NCBI GenBank assembly: GCA_977017575.1
Contig: CDRNVI010000037.1
Coordinates: 1 to 64,000, forward strand
From: Paramoeba atlantica
Taxonomy: Eukaryota > Protista > Discosea
Length of the DNA stretch: 64,000 nucleotides
Direction of reading: 5' to 3'
Shown: positions 21,408 to 30,859 of the stretch, piece by piece
Position numbering within the stretch: position 1 is the stretch's first letter
How the letters are laid out: every line of letters starts with the position of its first letter
The notes under the pieces: model-generated
What the model saw: the letters and a program-made list of their open reading frames with translations, nothing else
Databases searched by the model: none
What the model was told of the DNA's origin: nothing
Translations under genes and position numbers: made by a program

Positions 21408-22916
21408 ATGTGGCGAAAAACCCTTGCGCGGCATTTCCAAGCCAAAATGGGTGACCTCCCGGACGTCCGCCCCGTCTCCTTTCACATGCTCTACAACAGC
21501 TGCACCCAACACAAACACGCCACCGTCACCATTGACTGCCTCTACCGCTCCATCCCCATGTCCGCTGCCGCCTACCTCCTCTGGAGTACCCCCCACGGCA
21601 CTGACCCCTCCACCCCCCTCCACGCCGCCCTCATCGACAACAACACCACCCACGCCCTCCCCGCGATCGAGGCCGAGTTCGCCAACGTGGAAAAGAACTC
21701 CGGGCTGCGCTACGACCACATCCGCTATCTCATTGTCACCCACATCCATCCCGACCACGCAGGCGCCACCGGGGCGTTGCTCCAGAAATGTCCCAATGCC
21801 ACAGTGCTGTGTCACCCGAGCGCCGTGCGCCATCTCGTGGACCCGAGCTACCTGACCGCCGCAGTCACTAAGGTCTATGGAAAAGCAAAGTTCAAAGAGC
21901 TCTACGGGGAACTGCTGCCGTGTGAGCCCTCACGCGTACGCGCGGTGGGGGATAACGAAACCGTGGAGCTCGGGCCGGAGCGCACACTTCGGTTTTACCA
22001 TGTCAGCGGCCACGCGAGGCATCACATGGTGGTGTGGGACGGCCTGACGCGGAGTGTGTTCACCGGGGACGCGTTCGGGGTGCGCTACCCCTGGCTGGAG
22101 CTCTACAACGTCCGGGAGTCGTTCTACTTCCCCTCCACCCCCCCGAGTGAGTTCAGCGCGGCGGAGCAACGGGAGGGGGTGGAGCGGATTCTCGCGCTCA
22201 AGCCGCGGCGGGCGTATTTGACGCATTATGGGATGGCGGAGGATTTGGAGAAGGGGGCGCGGCAGCTGAGGGATGCGCTGGATTTTCACGAGGTCGTGCA
22301 ACGTGGGATGGAGAAAAAGCTGATACAGGAAATGGAAAAAGAAGACTCGAGGGAAGGGGATCTCGAGGCGAGTCTTATGGAGAACGGCAAATCGGAGATA
22401 CGCCGGTGGTTGGAAGATGCTTTACGAGAAAAGGGTTTGTCCTCGGATGATGGGGATTTTTGGGGCTTTTTTAACGCTGAGGTAGATCTCAATGCCCAAG
22501 GATTGCTGTGCGCCGCGAAAAAGAGAATCAAAGATAACCCTTCAGGTGTTCGTGAAGATTTATTAAAGGAAAGGAAGCCGGAGCGCGTAAAAGATCAATC
22601 CCCACAAGAGCCAGTGGGTGAGGTGGACGACGAAGAGCCCACTCTTGTGGCACCAGAAAACACATCTCCTATCACGCCCAAGACATTGTCGGTACAAACA
22701 CCAATCTCACAGATGACCAAAGATGAACTCGAAATTAGTTTTAGAGAGTTAGGACTTGAACGATATTGCAACTTGATTCGAGAGCAAGAGCTTGACGGAT
22801 TCGTCTTTTCTCACATGTTGGATGCGGACATGAGAAAGATATTTCCTAATCTTTCTTATGGCGCTTTTACGAGATTACGCTTGCTTCGAGATCGTGACGC
22901 ATCTTTAGAAAAATAG
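21408..22916 (+). CDS. Metallo-beta-lactamase-fold hydrolase with C-terminal SAM-like domain
   Basis: THIHPDHAGA (HxHxDH), GHARHH, FTGDAFG, LTHYG; C-terminal LGLERYCNLIREQELDG...L motif. Confidence 0.85.
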   Translation: MWRKTLARHFQAKMGDLPDVRPVSFHMLYNSCTQHKHATVTIDCLYRSIPMSAAAYLLWSTPHGTDPSTPLHAALIDNNTTHALPAIEAEFANVEKNSGLRYDHIRYLIVTHIHPDHAGATGALLQKCPNATVLCHPSAVRHLVDPSYLTAAVTKVYGKAKFKELYGELLPCEPSRVRAVGDNETVELGPERTLRFYHVSGHARHHMVVWDGLTRSVFTGDAFGVRYPWLELYNVRESFYFPSTPPSEFSAAEQREGVERILALKPRRAYLTHYGMAEDLEKGARQLRDALDFHEVVQRGMEKKLIQEMEKEDSREGDLEASLMENGKSEIRRWLEDALREKGLSSDDGDFWGFFNAEVDLNAQGLLCAAKKRIKDNPSGVREDLLKERKPERVKDQSPQEPVGEVDDEEPTLVAPENTSPITPKTLSVQTPISQMTKDELEISFRELGLERYCNLIREQELDGFVFSHMLDADMRKIFPNLSYGAFTRLRLLRDRDASLEK

Positions 22917-23299
22917 AGTGTTAAGGTGAATGTACGTGCTCGTGGACCGTATCTGTAAGTAAGAAAATACTTACGTAATTTGCTCGGGTTGTACATTTAG
23001 CTGGATGCAGTGTAGTGTAGCTTTGATACGCCACAGCGTCGTACGAAACCGTACACGCTGATTCACTATACTGAGCCTTACGGTGTATTTATACCTTTGT
23101 ACTACCTTTGTATTCCCTCCTTCGCAGCTGGTAATGGACGAAATCTTCCGAACATTTTTTCAATCATGATCTACCACTAGATTTAAATTATTAAAAAGTG
23201 TTTCAACGGAAGCACAAGTACCTTTAGTAAATTACCTTGAGATCGCATGGTGAGCTCAGCACTTCATTTTTCTTGCATCGACGCATCCATTCCTCCAAG

Positions 23300-23440
23300 T
23301 GAACGACCTCGTCTGGGTCGGGTGCGAGGTGCCGAGCTCTCTCAAGAAATTCGCAGTAATTAGTGTGCTGAAAATTTTGCGCTTGACGAATGAAGTGTTG
23401 TCTCCGTGGAGGGATTCAGAATATTACTGAATTTTGGTTT
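23300..23440 (+). pseudogene. Decayed LRR-family N-terminal relic
   Basis: Translates GRVRGAELSQEIRSN*CAENFALDE*SVV. This matches the family cap (cf. GRVQGAELPPEY...W..W.GV.C at 46321), with stops at about the two Trp positions. Confidence 0.45.
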
Positions 23441-23601
23441 TCTATTTACATGTACTTTATTCTGTCGAGCTCAGGGTCTAGAGGTTTTCCTGTTACACTC
23501 AGGTAATCTGAGAGATAATCTGATTACATAATCTGATATTATGTAATCGTGTTCCCTATGCTCATGAACTAGCAACATTTTTTCAAAAGCAAGACTATAC
23601 A

Positions 23602-24429
23602 ATGTATAGAGTTTTACAAATGTTATTTTTTACCAGTATTAATGGTTACCAGTATTTTTTACCAGTTAGTTATCCGTGCGAAAACTTTTGTATGCTTTGC
23701 GAACCCAGTGGACGCGTTTTTGCTGATGTAAGGACAGCCAGGAGAGAAGTATTTTTACCCCTCCCGACCACTCTTCCTTCACATTGTTTCGGTGACGACG
23801 CATCTGGATCAAATACGCGCATTTTAGCTTTGAATTTTCAACAAAAGAGGCTTCTACTTACTCCTCTGCGAACGGACTTGGTGTGTATTTTATGGATTCC
23901 ATTTGAAATGGGAATCAACGTAAAAGGGGGAGTACGCATTCCTGCTGGAGTTAGCATTGAAATCAGAACCAATGACAAAATAGTTATTGTTCCCGCTACT
24001 GTACCCCTCGATAGAGATTCCCATAATGTGCATGTTGAAACGTTTAAATCTGAGGCTGCGCATTGTACATTTGTCGTATACGTCCCTGATAGACACAGTG
24101 TAGAAGATTCATTGCCCTTAAAAGGTTCGAAATACGCACACACAAAAAAGTCTATGTATTCTGTATCCCATGGTAAACATAGAAGAATATCGAAAATGAG
24201 AGTCCATTGCCCTGTTGAACGTCAACCATCAAAATTGCCTGAAATGCATGAAGGCTTCTCCAATAAAATAGAGAATCAAGAAGAAGAAAACACTTTTTGT
24301 AAGGAAGAACAAGATGAAGTTTCCGTGCAAAAACCATTTTGCCGATACGGCAAACACTGTTATCAAAAAAATGATCACCATCTTAACACTTTTCGACACG
24401 ATTTTGAGAATAGTGTAGATGTGGTTTGA
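23602..24429 (+). CDS. Protein with C-terminal PBZ (zf-CCHH) zinc finger, APLF-like architecture
   Basis: CRYGKHCYQKNDHHLNTFRH fits the PBZ consensus C-x-YG-x-x-CY-x-x-N-x-x-H-x5-H. The N-terminal beta-rich region is possibly FHA-like; an acidic patch precedes the PBZ. Confidence 0.65.
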   Translation: MYRVLQMLFFTSINGYQYFLPVSYPCENFCMLCEPSGRVFADVRTARREVFLPLPTTLPSHCFGDDASGSNTRILALNFQQKRLLLTPLRTDLVCILWIPFEMGINVKGGVRIPAGVSIEIRTNDKIVIVPATVPLDRDSHNVHVETFKSEAAHCTFVVYVPDRHSVEDSLPLKGSKYAHTKKSMYSVSHGKHRRISKMRVHCPVERQPSKLPEMHEGFSNKIENQEEENTFCKEEQDEVSVQKPFCRYGKHCYQKNDHHLNTFRHDFENSVDVV

Positions 24430-24648
24430 GTGAACTACACCTTGCTTTCCTAGAGAAATTGCTAAACAGATTAGCAATATTACCTAAATACCGAGTATAA
24501 AGTATGTACCTACTATATTGTACTATATCTATCATTCATCCTCTTGTATACTGCCCCCCCCCTTGTTTGTACGATAATTATATTAAAAAATCTTTTAGAG
24601 AATTTTTATTTTGTCGGACTACTTTCTTTGGCATACATATTTATTCTC

Positions 24649-25245
24649 ATGAATTGCAAACTCGGGTTATTCGCCGCGGACACGAGTTACACCGCTACTC
24701 GGTTGGGTCGCGTAAGTGCTGCGCTGTCGCAAGAATATCGGCTTTTAATGTTTCTTCAGAATGTGTCTAATCTAAGTCCCTCGTGGGACTCACACACTCC
24801 TGCATGTCAGTGGGATGGTGTAAACTGCAATCAAGACGGAGAAGTAACAGACATCAACTGGGCGGGGAAAAAATTGGAAGGAACACTTGATTGGAAAAGT
24901 CTACCGGAAAGTCTTCTTGAGTTGCGGCTCTATTCAAACAGGTTGTCAGGTAGCATTGTTCTCGGAGACTTACCTCGCAATTTGAGGTACTTCAGCGTGG
25001 GATCGAATAAATTTTCCGGGAGCATTAACCTCCAGAAAGCACCAAAAGCAATGGAACGACTTCTTGCTGGTGATAATAAGCTTTCGGGTCCTGTGTATTT
25101 TGATAATTTGCCGCCGAACTTAAGCTTTCTTTACTTGTCTAGGAATGCAAAGCTTTCAGGTAGCGTGGACGAGTCGATATTGCCCTGTAGATTGAAAAAC
25201 GGAAGTCTTTATATTGATGGATCGTACATAGTGTACTCCCCTTAG
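24649..25245 (+). CDS. LRR family protein
   Basis: RLGRVS...WDSHTPACQWDGVNC cap plus LRRs; ATG 24649 (ORF track starts 24544). Confidence 0.85.
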   Translation: MNCKLGLFAADTSYTATRLGRVSAALSQEYRLLMFLQNVSNLSPSWDSHTPACQWDGVNCNQDGEVTDINWAGKKLEGTLDWKSLPESLLELRLYSNRLSGSIVLGDLPRNLRYFSVGSNKFSGSINLQKAPKAMERLLAGDNKLSGPVYFDNLPPNLSFLYLSRNAKLSGSVDESILPCRLKNGSLYIDGSYIVYSP

Positions 25246-25628
25246 CTATCTGCCGTATCTGCACCCTCTAGTCAGCTGTTTTTTTTCGCTTTTCGAAAAA
25301 GTGTGACAGATAACTAGGAAGATTCAGTAAGATGAAATGTATAGATTTTATACTGTAAAGAACAACGTACAACGTGCAATACCTTGTATTGCGGAATATC
25401 AGTAACGTCAAGAAAAGATCTTTACTTCTGTTTATGTGTGTATAGCAGTTGTGTATGCGTGGTATCAACCAAACTCGATTTGATGCATTGACGTCAGGAG
25501 TCACTGATTTTTGAACCGAAAAGTTCTCTTTTCCTTTCAAAAGCAGTTTGTTGCATCCACTTTTGAGTAGATCGTGTCGCATCCAAAAAACTGTGTTTAC
25601 TTTTCTAATACATGTCATTTGTCGTAAC

Positions 25629-26426
25629 ATGATCGAGTGCCATTCCTTGATCAGGGCAGCAACTGTTGATGATGAAAATTTCGGCCGTTCACGAACCAGC
25701 AAAGTTCGTGGCGCAGAATTTTCACCGGAGATCCTTTTACCTCTTTTTATGCAATTTGTTATTAATCGGCGATCAACTTGGAATCAGGATATGTCCGTGT
25801 GCCATTGGACTGGAGTATATTGTAGTTCCATTCTTCCTCCAGTTGTTAGTCGAATTATAGTCCCAACAGCAAGATTACGGGGAAATATTACATGGAAGTA
25901 TTTGCCTCAATCCGTCGAAGTTCTCCGCTTTCCACAAAACTTATTAAGCGGTGAGATTCAGCTTGCGTACCTCACGAGGCATCGCGGTTTGCGTATTTTA
26001 TCTTTGGAGTGTAACTTGTTTTCCGGTAGTATATCACTTGATGCTTTACCTTATCGGTTGACAGAATTTAATGTCTCGCAAAATGATCTTTCAGGAAATC
26101 TTGATTTTAAACATCTGCCGCAGACCTTGGTAAATCTCCGATTGCAACATAATAGATTTTCAGGGGGGATTGAGCTGCGCTCTTTGCCCAAAGGACTTAG
26201 AGAACTAGATGTAAGTCACAATCATTTGTATGGTTCATTAGATTTCTCTTCGTTAGCAACCGCCGAATGTGCCCACGGACTAACCTTAAAATTGTATAAA
26301 AATCAATTTAGCGGAGTCGCAGATTGTAGCCCAGTGCCGCAGAGTTGCATCGTTCAACTTTGGTCGAACCGTGTCACTGAATATCATCCTATGGATCTCC
26401 CGATGAACATACAGATAGATCCCTAA
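25629..26426 (+). CDS. LRR family protein
   Basis: SKVRGAE...WNQDMSVCHWTGVYC cap plus LRRs; ATG 25629. Confidence 0.85.
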   Translation: MIECHSLIRAATVDDENFGRSRTSKVRGAEFSPEILLPLFMQFVINRRSTWNQDMSVCHWTGVYCSSILPPVVSRIIVPTARLRGNITWKYLPQSVEVLRFPQNLLSGEIQLAYLTRHRGLRILSLECNLFSGSISLDALPYRLTEFNVSQNDLSGNLDFKHLPQTLVNLRLQHNRFSGGIELRSLPKGLRELDVSHNHLYGSLDFSSLATAECAHGLTLKLYKNQFSGVADCSPVPQSCIVQLWSNRVTEYHPMDLPMNIQIDP

Positions 26427-26626
26427 ATTATTTGTGAACTTTAAGTACTCCAGCACGTGGTCGCATGTACTCGGCAAATCGTACGCCGTACTCGGTAAGG
26501 TATGTAAATAGTAAATAAACTTCGCCCAGTTTCAATGAAAACGAAATGTAAAGGGAGATAATAATTAAAAAAATTAACGTTCTTAAATTTCTCCCTTTCA
26601 AAAAATAAACACACCCCAACGAGATA

Positions 26627-26841
26627 CAGTCAGCAAAAAAACCGTTCGAATGTTTCGGTTTTTTTTCTTTTGTATAGAGCTATTGATTAAATATCACCGT
26701 TGCGCTGGTAATGTGTGCTAGTAGTGTAGGCATGAGTGTCACCTAATAGTACCCGTAGATAGTTCACCTCAGTTCGTTCTACCAAAGAAGTAAGAATGAA
26801 TATAAAAAAGTTTAGCATTCGAAAGGTTTTTTTGCTACCTA
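26627..26841. mobile_element. ~215-bp MITE abutting the 3' end of the second Tc1 element
   Basis: TA|CAGTCAGCAAAAAAACCGTTCGAATG is inverted with CATTCGAAAGGTTTTTTTGCTACCTA; outer bases of the right end are diverged. Confidence 0.6.
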
Positions 26842-27922
26842 TTATAGAGAAAATCTTGTCCCGAAAAATAGATGAAACGTAATCGCCCAAGAGAGATTAT
26901 GCCCGTAAAATTGGTATTTAGTATTCCCCCCACGAGCCTTCAGCACTGCCTTCATACGGGCAGGCATACTGTCCACCTGGGCACGACATACTGAGGGTGG
27001 TATGTTCGCCCATTCCATTTTTACCCTCTCCCACAACTCTCGGACCCCGCTTGGTGGATCATCGTGCGCTGCAAGGCGCCGCTTGAGTTCCCCCCAAAAC
27101 GTTTTCGATTGGATTTAAGTCAGGGGACTGCGGGGGCCACCGCATGACTTCAAACCCGGTACCCCGGAGGTGCCGTTGCGCACAATGGCTTGTGTGCTTG
27201 GGGTCATTATCTTGTTGGAAGATGACCATTGGGGGGTCTAGACCCAAAGTTTCGATGGAGGGGGCAAGATTCTCTTCAAGAATCTCGACGTACTGTGTGG
27301 CGTTCAGGTTCCCTTGAACTAGACGCACATGCCCCACACCGCTTCGGGACATGCACGCCCAAATCATGATGTGCCCCCCTCCGTACTTTACCGTGGGAAT
27401 TACCCCTTTTTCACCCAGTTCCTCCCCCGGGGTCCCCCATGTCCAAAGACTTCCCCCCGTTTCAAAGCGCGAGATCTTCGTCTCGTCCGACCATACAACT
27501 GGAGCCCAGTCGTGCACTGTCCAGTGCTCATGGGCCGTGGCAAAGTCCATCCGAAGCTTGCGATGGCGCTTGGACAGGTAGGGCTTGCGGACACGCTTTC
27601 TACCTTTTTGTCCGAAGCGGTGCATCGAAACTCGGATAGACTGAGGAACAACATCAGCAACGCCCTCGCGGCGCAGCTGAGATGATACTTCTCGCGCAGA
27701 ATTGCCGGAGAACACAAGTCGTCGCACACGGCGTGTGCACGGCTCGGAAAGCTTTCGAGGGCGTCCACCCTGCATCCTGAGAGTATCAGGCCATTCTTTT
27801 TTTAATATCATAGAAATTGTTGAGATGCTTAAATTTACTGTATCAGAGATGGACCTCATAGACACACCGCTGTCGTAGAGCTCTGCAATTTGTTTCTTTA
27901 CGTAACGTGGTGTGGGCCTCAT
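26842..27922 (-). pseudogene. Tc1-like DD34E transposase with +1 frameshift
   Basis: HTH, GRPRKLS, VWSDETK, GGGHIMIWACM, FQQDNDPKH, WPPQSPDLNPIENV. Removing one base from the A4 run at 27096-27099 restores WGELKRRL...LWERVKMEW...ARGGNTKY (ORF 26842-27036). Confidence 0.9.
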
Positions 27923-28237
27923 ATAGAGTGCAAAATGTAACAGTGTAAGATAAACAATGTAATAGTGTAAGATAAACTCTATAACCTACTACCAAGGGGT
28001 AATTCCTGACTGTACATATGCGGGGCCTGGCGTGTTACTCGTGAAAGAGAGTGGCAACTTCCCAAAGGCGGTGAAAACCCCTGAGGGAGCCAGTGACCAA
28101 CCGGGGCAACTCGTGTCCATCATTTTCAACGAGTGAAGAGAATCGTGTATTCGGAACAATTGGGTCGAAAAACTGTGCCTTGCAAAATATTTCCAAAATT
28201 GAATAAAATACAAGACCCGCACCTTTGTACACCCCTG
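26842..28237 (-). mobile_element. Tc1-like transposon, one terminus recognisable
   Basis: Terminus TA|CAGGGGTGTACAAAGG on the minus strand at 28237, and a transposase gene. No matching TIR found at the other end. Confidence 0.7.
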
Positions 28238-28389
28238 TATTTGAACGAATTTGTGTGTTCCTACTCTAAAGCACTCCCATTGCGTTCGCATAGCACTGCC
28301 TCGCCACATTTCACGATTTTTTATGACCCAAATACTTCAACTCTCATTAGCTTTTTCTTTTTTTACGGTTCACAATTTTACAATTCGTA

Positions 28390-30696
28390 TTGCGATTTTC
28401 AGTTCCAAGCATGGAGAACTCTTGTACTGCATCTGAAGACAAGGAATTCGTGCTGCTGCAGATGGAGGAATTGCGACAAACGGAATCTCAACTTCTTTTG
28501 CCTTCTGCTGTTCATCGATTGCTATATCCTCTTGTAGATCGCATTCTATCTCTCCCCATTGAAGCGAAAGCGTGCGATACCCCAATGAGCACTGCTAAAG
28601 ATCACGACTACGAAGATGGATTCGTACGCGAAAATTACGGACATGAATCTGACATTCTACGCGATTTAGCCATAAAGCACAGTGACTTTTGCAATGTTCT
28701 TCTGGAGTCCGTCATCGAGATTCTTGTTCCGGGATTTGAGAAATACGAAAGCCATACCCGGAGAGTAATGCTTCTTAACGCTATTTCCCTTATGTATGAC
28801 GTGAAAATAGCTTCGTCGGGAACCTTATTTTTTGAGTGTAACACCACTATTTCTACGCAAACTCAGAATGCAGAAACCAACTTACCCACCGGTACAGATT
28901 TCACGGCGTCCTCCCGGCGCAACTTTACCAAATTCTGGCTCTTTTGCCTGCAACATTTAGACACGGAACTACACTCTCTCCCCTGCCCCCATTGTGTCCC
29001 CCCCTCACCCACCACCCCCCTCCTACGCCACACCCGTCTCCGCCTCCTCCGCTCCCTCACAGACCATATCCTCCCACTTCTCACCTCCCCCCTCATCCTC
29101 CTGGACTACCTGATCGCTAAACTTCAACTGGCACGACAACAACAACAACTACTCAAGGTTACCCCATCCGACGACTCCTCCTCTAAGGCTTCTACCTCTC
29201 ATCCCGATCACAACAACAACAACAACAATAACAATACTAACAATAACAATATTGATCCTCATAACGATACCATCAAAACATCCAAACCTCATCCTGTCCT
29301 TCCCCCCTCAGATCCTGTCCCACCCCCACCCCTTCTATCTCCCCACCACGCCGACCCCCTCACGCCATTGAACCCGACGACGACTACTCCTACTCCTTAC
29401 AAACCCCTTACGTCATTGAACCCGACGACGACTACTCCTACTCCTTACAAACCCCTTACGTCATTGAACCCGACGACGACTACTCCTACTCCTTACAAAC
29501 CTCTTACGTCATTGAACCCGCAGACGACTACTCCTACTCCTTACAAACCCCTTACGTCATTGAACCTGACGACGACTTCTCCTACTCCTTACAAACCCCT
29601 TACGTCATTGAACCCGACGACGACTACTCCTACTCCTTACAAACCCCTCACGCCATTGAACCCGACGACGACTTCTCCTACTCCTTACAAACCCCTTACG
29701 TCATTGAACCCGCAGACGACTACTCCTACTCCTTACAAACCCCCTACGTCATTGAACCCGGCGACGACTACTCCTACTTCGCCTACGCCTACACCTACTA
29801 CGCCTACTCCTACCCCCTTCGACCCCGACGCGCTCGCCCTCTCCTGCGCCGCCCTCCCCCCCCTCGCCGCCCTCCTCCTTCTCTCCCCCCACCCCGTCGA
29901 GGCCCCCTCCTTCCTCCCCGACCTCCTCGGCCTCCTCCGGCACCCCGGCTTCCCCCACATGGGCGGACCCACGGCCGCGGGGCTCCACCTGGTCGGGGAG
30001 ATCCTCAAAGGGGGCCATCTCCCCGACGCCCTGGTCCACGTGTTCTGTGGCACACTGGGGGCGGTGGCACGGGAGAGGGCCCCGGCGCCCGTGGCGCAGA
30101 GGGTGCTGGAGGTGGTGAGGGGGGTGGTGGGGGGACGGCAGGGGGGGGTGGGGGTGGGGGTGGGGGGGAGTAAGGGGGGAAAGAGGGGGGAGAGAGGAAA
30201 GAGGGGAAAGTCGCAAGAAGGGGTAGTGGTGTACGAACGGGTGGGGAGGCTGCCGGGGGGGTTGGGGAGGGAGGGGGGAGAGGGGACGGGGACGGGGGGG
30301 AAAGCAAGGGGGGGAGGGGGAAAAAGGGAGAGGGGGGAGGTGGAGGAGGAGGGAGGGGAAGGAGGAGGAGGGGAGGAGGAGGATCAGGGGTTGCTGTTAA
30401 AGACGTTGGTGGCGTTAGCCCAGCATCCGAGTCAAGGGGTACGGTCTGCTGCGCTGTCGTTTCGGTCGTTGCTGGGGAGGAACCCGGGCCGTACGTTTGT
30501 TGAGGTGGGGGAGAGGGAGGATGTGGGCGGAAAGGGTGGGCACGCCAAGGATTGCATAAAGGATGCCTATGGTTTGCTCCTTCAACGCGAGTTGAGTGCG
30601 AAACCCCGATTTCCGTCTGGGATATCTGGATTTCAGGATGAGGTGTTCGACAACGCAATGGAACAGTTGTGGGTTTCAACGGATACGCAGCCTTGA
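28390..30696 (+). CDS. NOC4: CBF/Mak21-domain nucleolar protein, NOC4-like, with large repeat insertion
   Basis: ILPLLTSPLILLDYL; LALSCAALPPL; GHLPDALVHVF; LAQHPSQGV; YGLLLQREL. These occur in NOC4 order. Confidence 0.7.
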   Translation: MRFSVPSMENSCTASEDKEFVLLQMEELRQTESQLLLPSAVHRLLYPLVDRILSLPIEAKACDTPMSTAKDHDYEDGFVRENYGHESDILRDLAIKHSDFCNVLLESVIEILVPGFEKYESHTRRVMLLNAISLMYDVKIASSGTLFFECNTTISTQTQNAETNLPTGTDFTASSRRNFTKFWLFCLQHLDTELHSLPCPHCVPPSPTTPLLRHTRLRLLRSLTDHILPLLTSPLILLDYLIAKLQLARQQQQLLKVTPSDDSSSKASTSHPDHNNNNNNNNTNNNNIDPHNDTIKTSKPHPVLPPSDPVPPPPLLSPHHADPLTPLNPTTTTPTPYKPLTSLNPTTTTPTPYKPLTSLNPTTTTPTPYKPLTSLNPQTTTPTPYKPLTSLNLTTTSPTPYKPLTSLNPTTTTPTPYKPLTPLNPTTTSPTPYKPLTSLNPQTTTPTPYKPPTSLNPATTTPTSPTPTPTTPTPTPFDPDALALSCAALPPLAALLLLSPHPVEAPSFLPDLLGLLRHPGFPHMGGPTAAGLHLVGEILKGGHLPDALVHVFCGTLGAVARERAPAPVAQRVLEVVRGVVGGRQGGVGVGVGGSKGGKRGERGKRGKSQEGVVVYERVGRLPGGLGREGGEGTGTGGKARGGGGKRERGEVEEEGGEGGGGEEEDQGLLLKTLVALAQHPSQGVRSAALSFRSLLGRNPGRTFVEVGEREDVGGKGGHAKDCIKDAYGLLLQRELSAKPRFPSGISGFQDEVFDNAMEQLWVSTDTQP
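29356..29790 (+). repeat. 48-bp coding tandem repeat (PLTSLNPTTTTPTPYK) x8 plus partial
   Basis: Units TTGAACCCGACGACGACTACTCCTACTCCTTACAAACCCCTTACGTCA read directly. Confidence 0.95.
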
Positions 30697-30859
30697 GATA
30701 GTATTGAGCGAATAAGAAACAAATTGGCGTTATAAGAGTATATCTTTACTTTACTTTAGGAGTTTATAAAATTTTAGTGAAACTACATGTATTCTTAATG
30801 ATATTGTTTTTAAGTATCAGGTCGCGCGTATTGGTTTTGCTAAGTTATGTTTGTCATGA

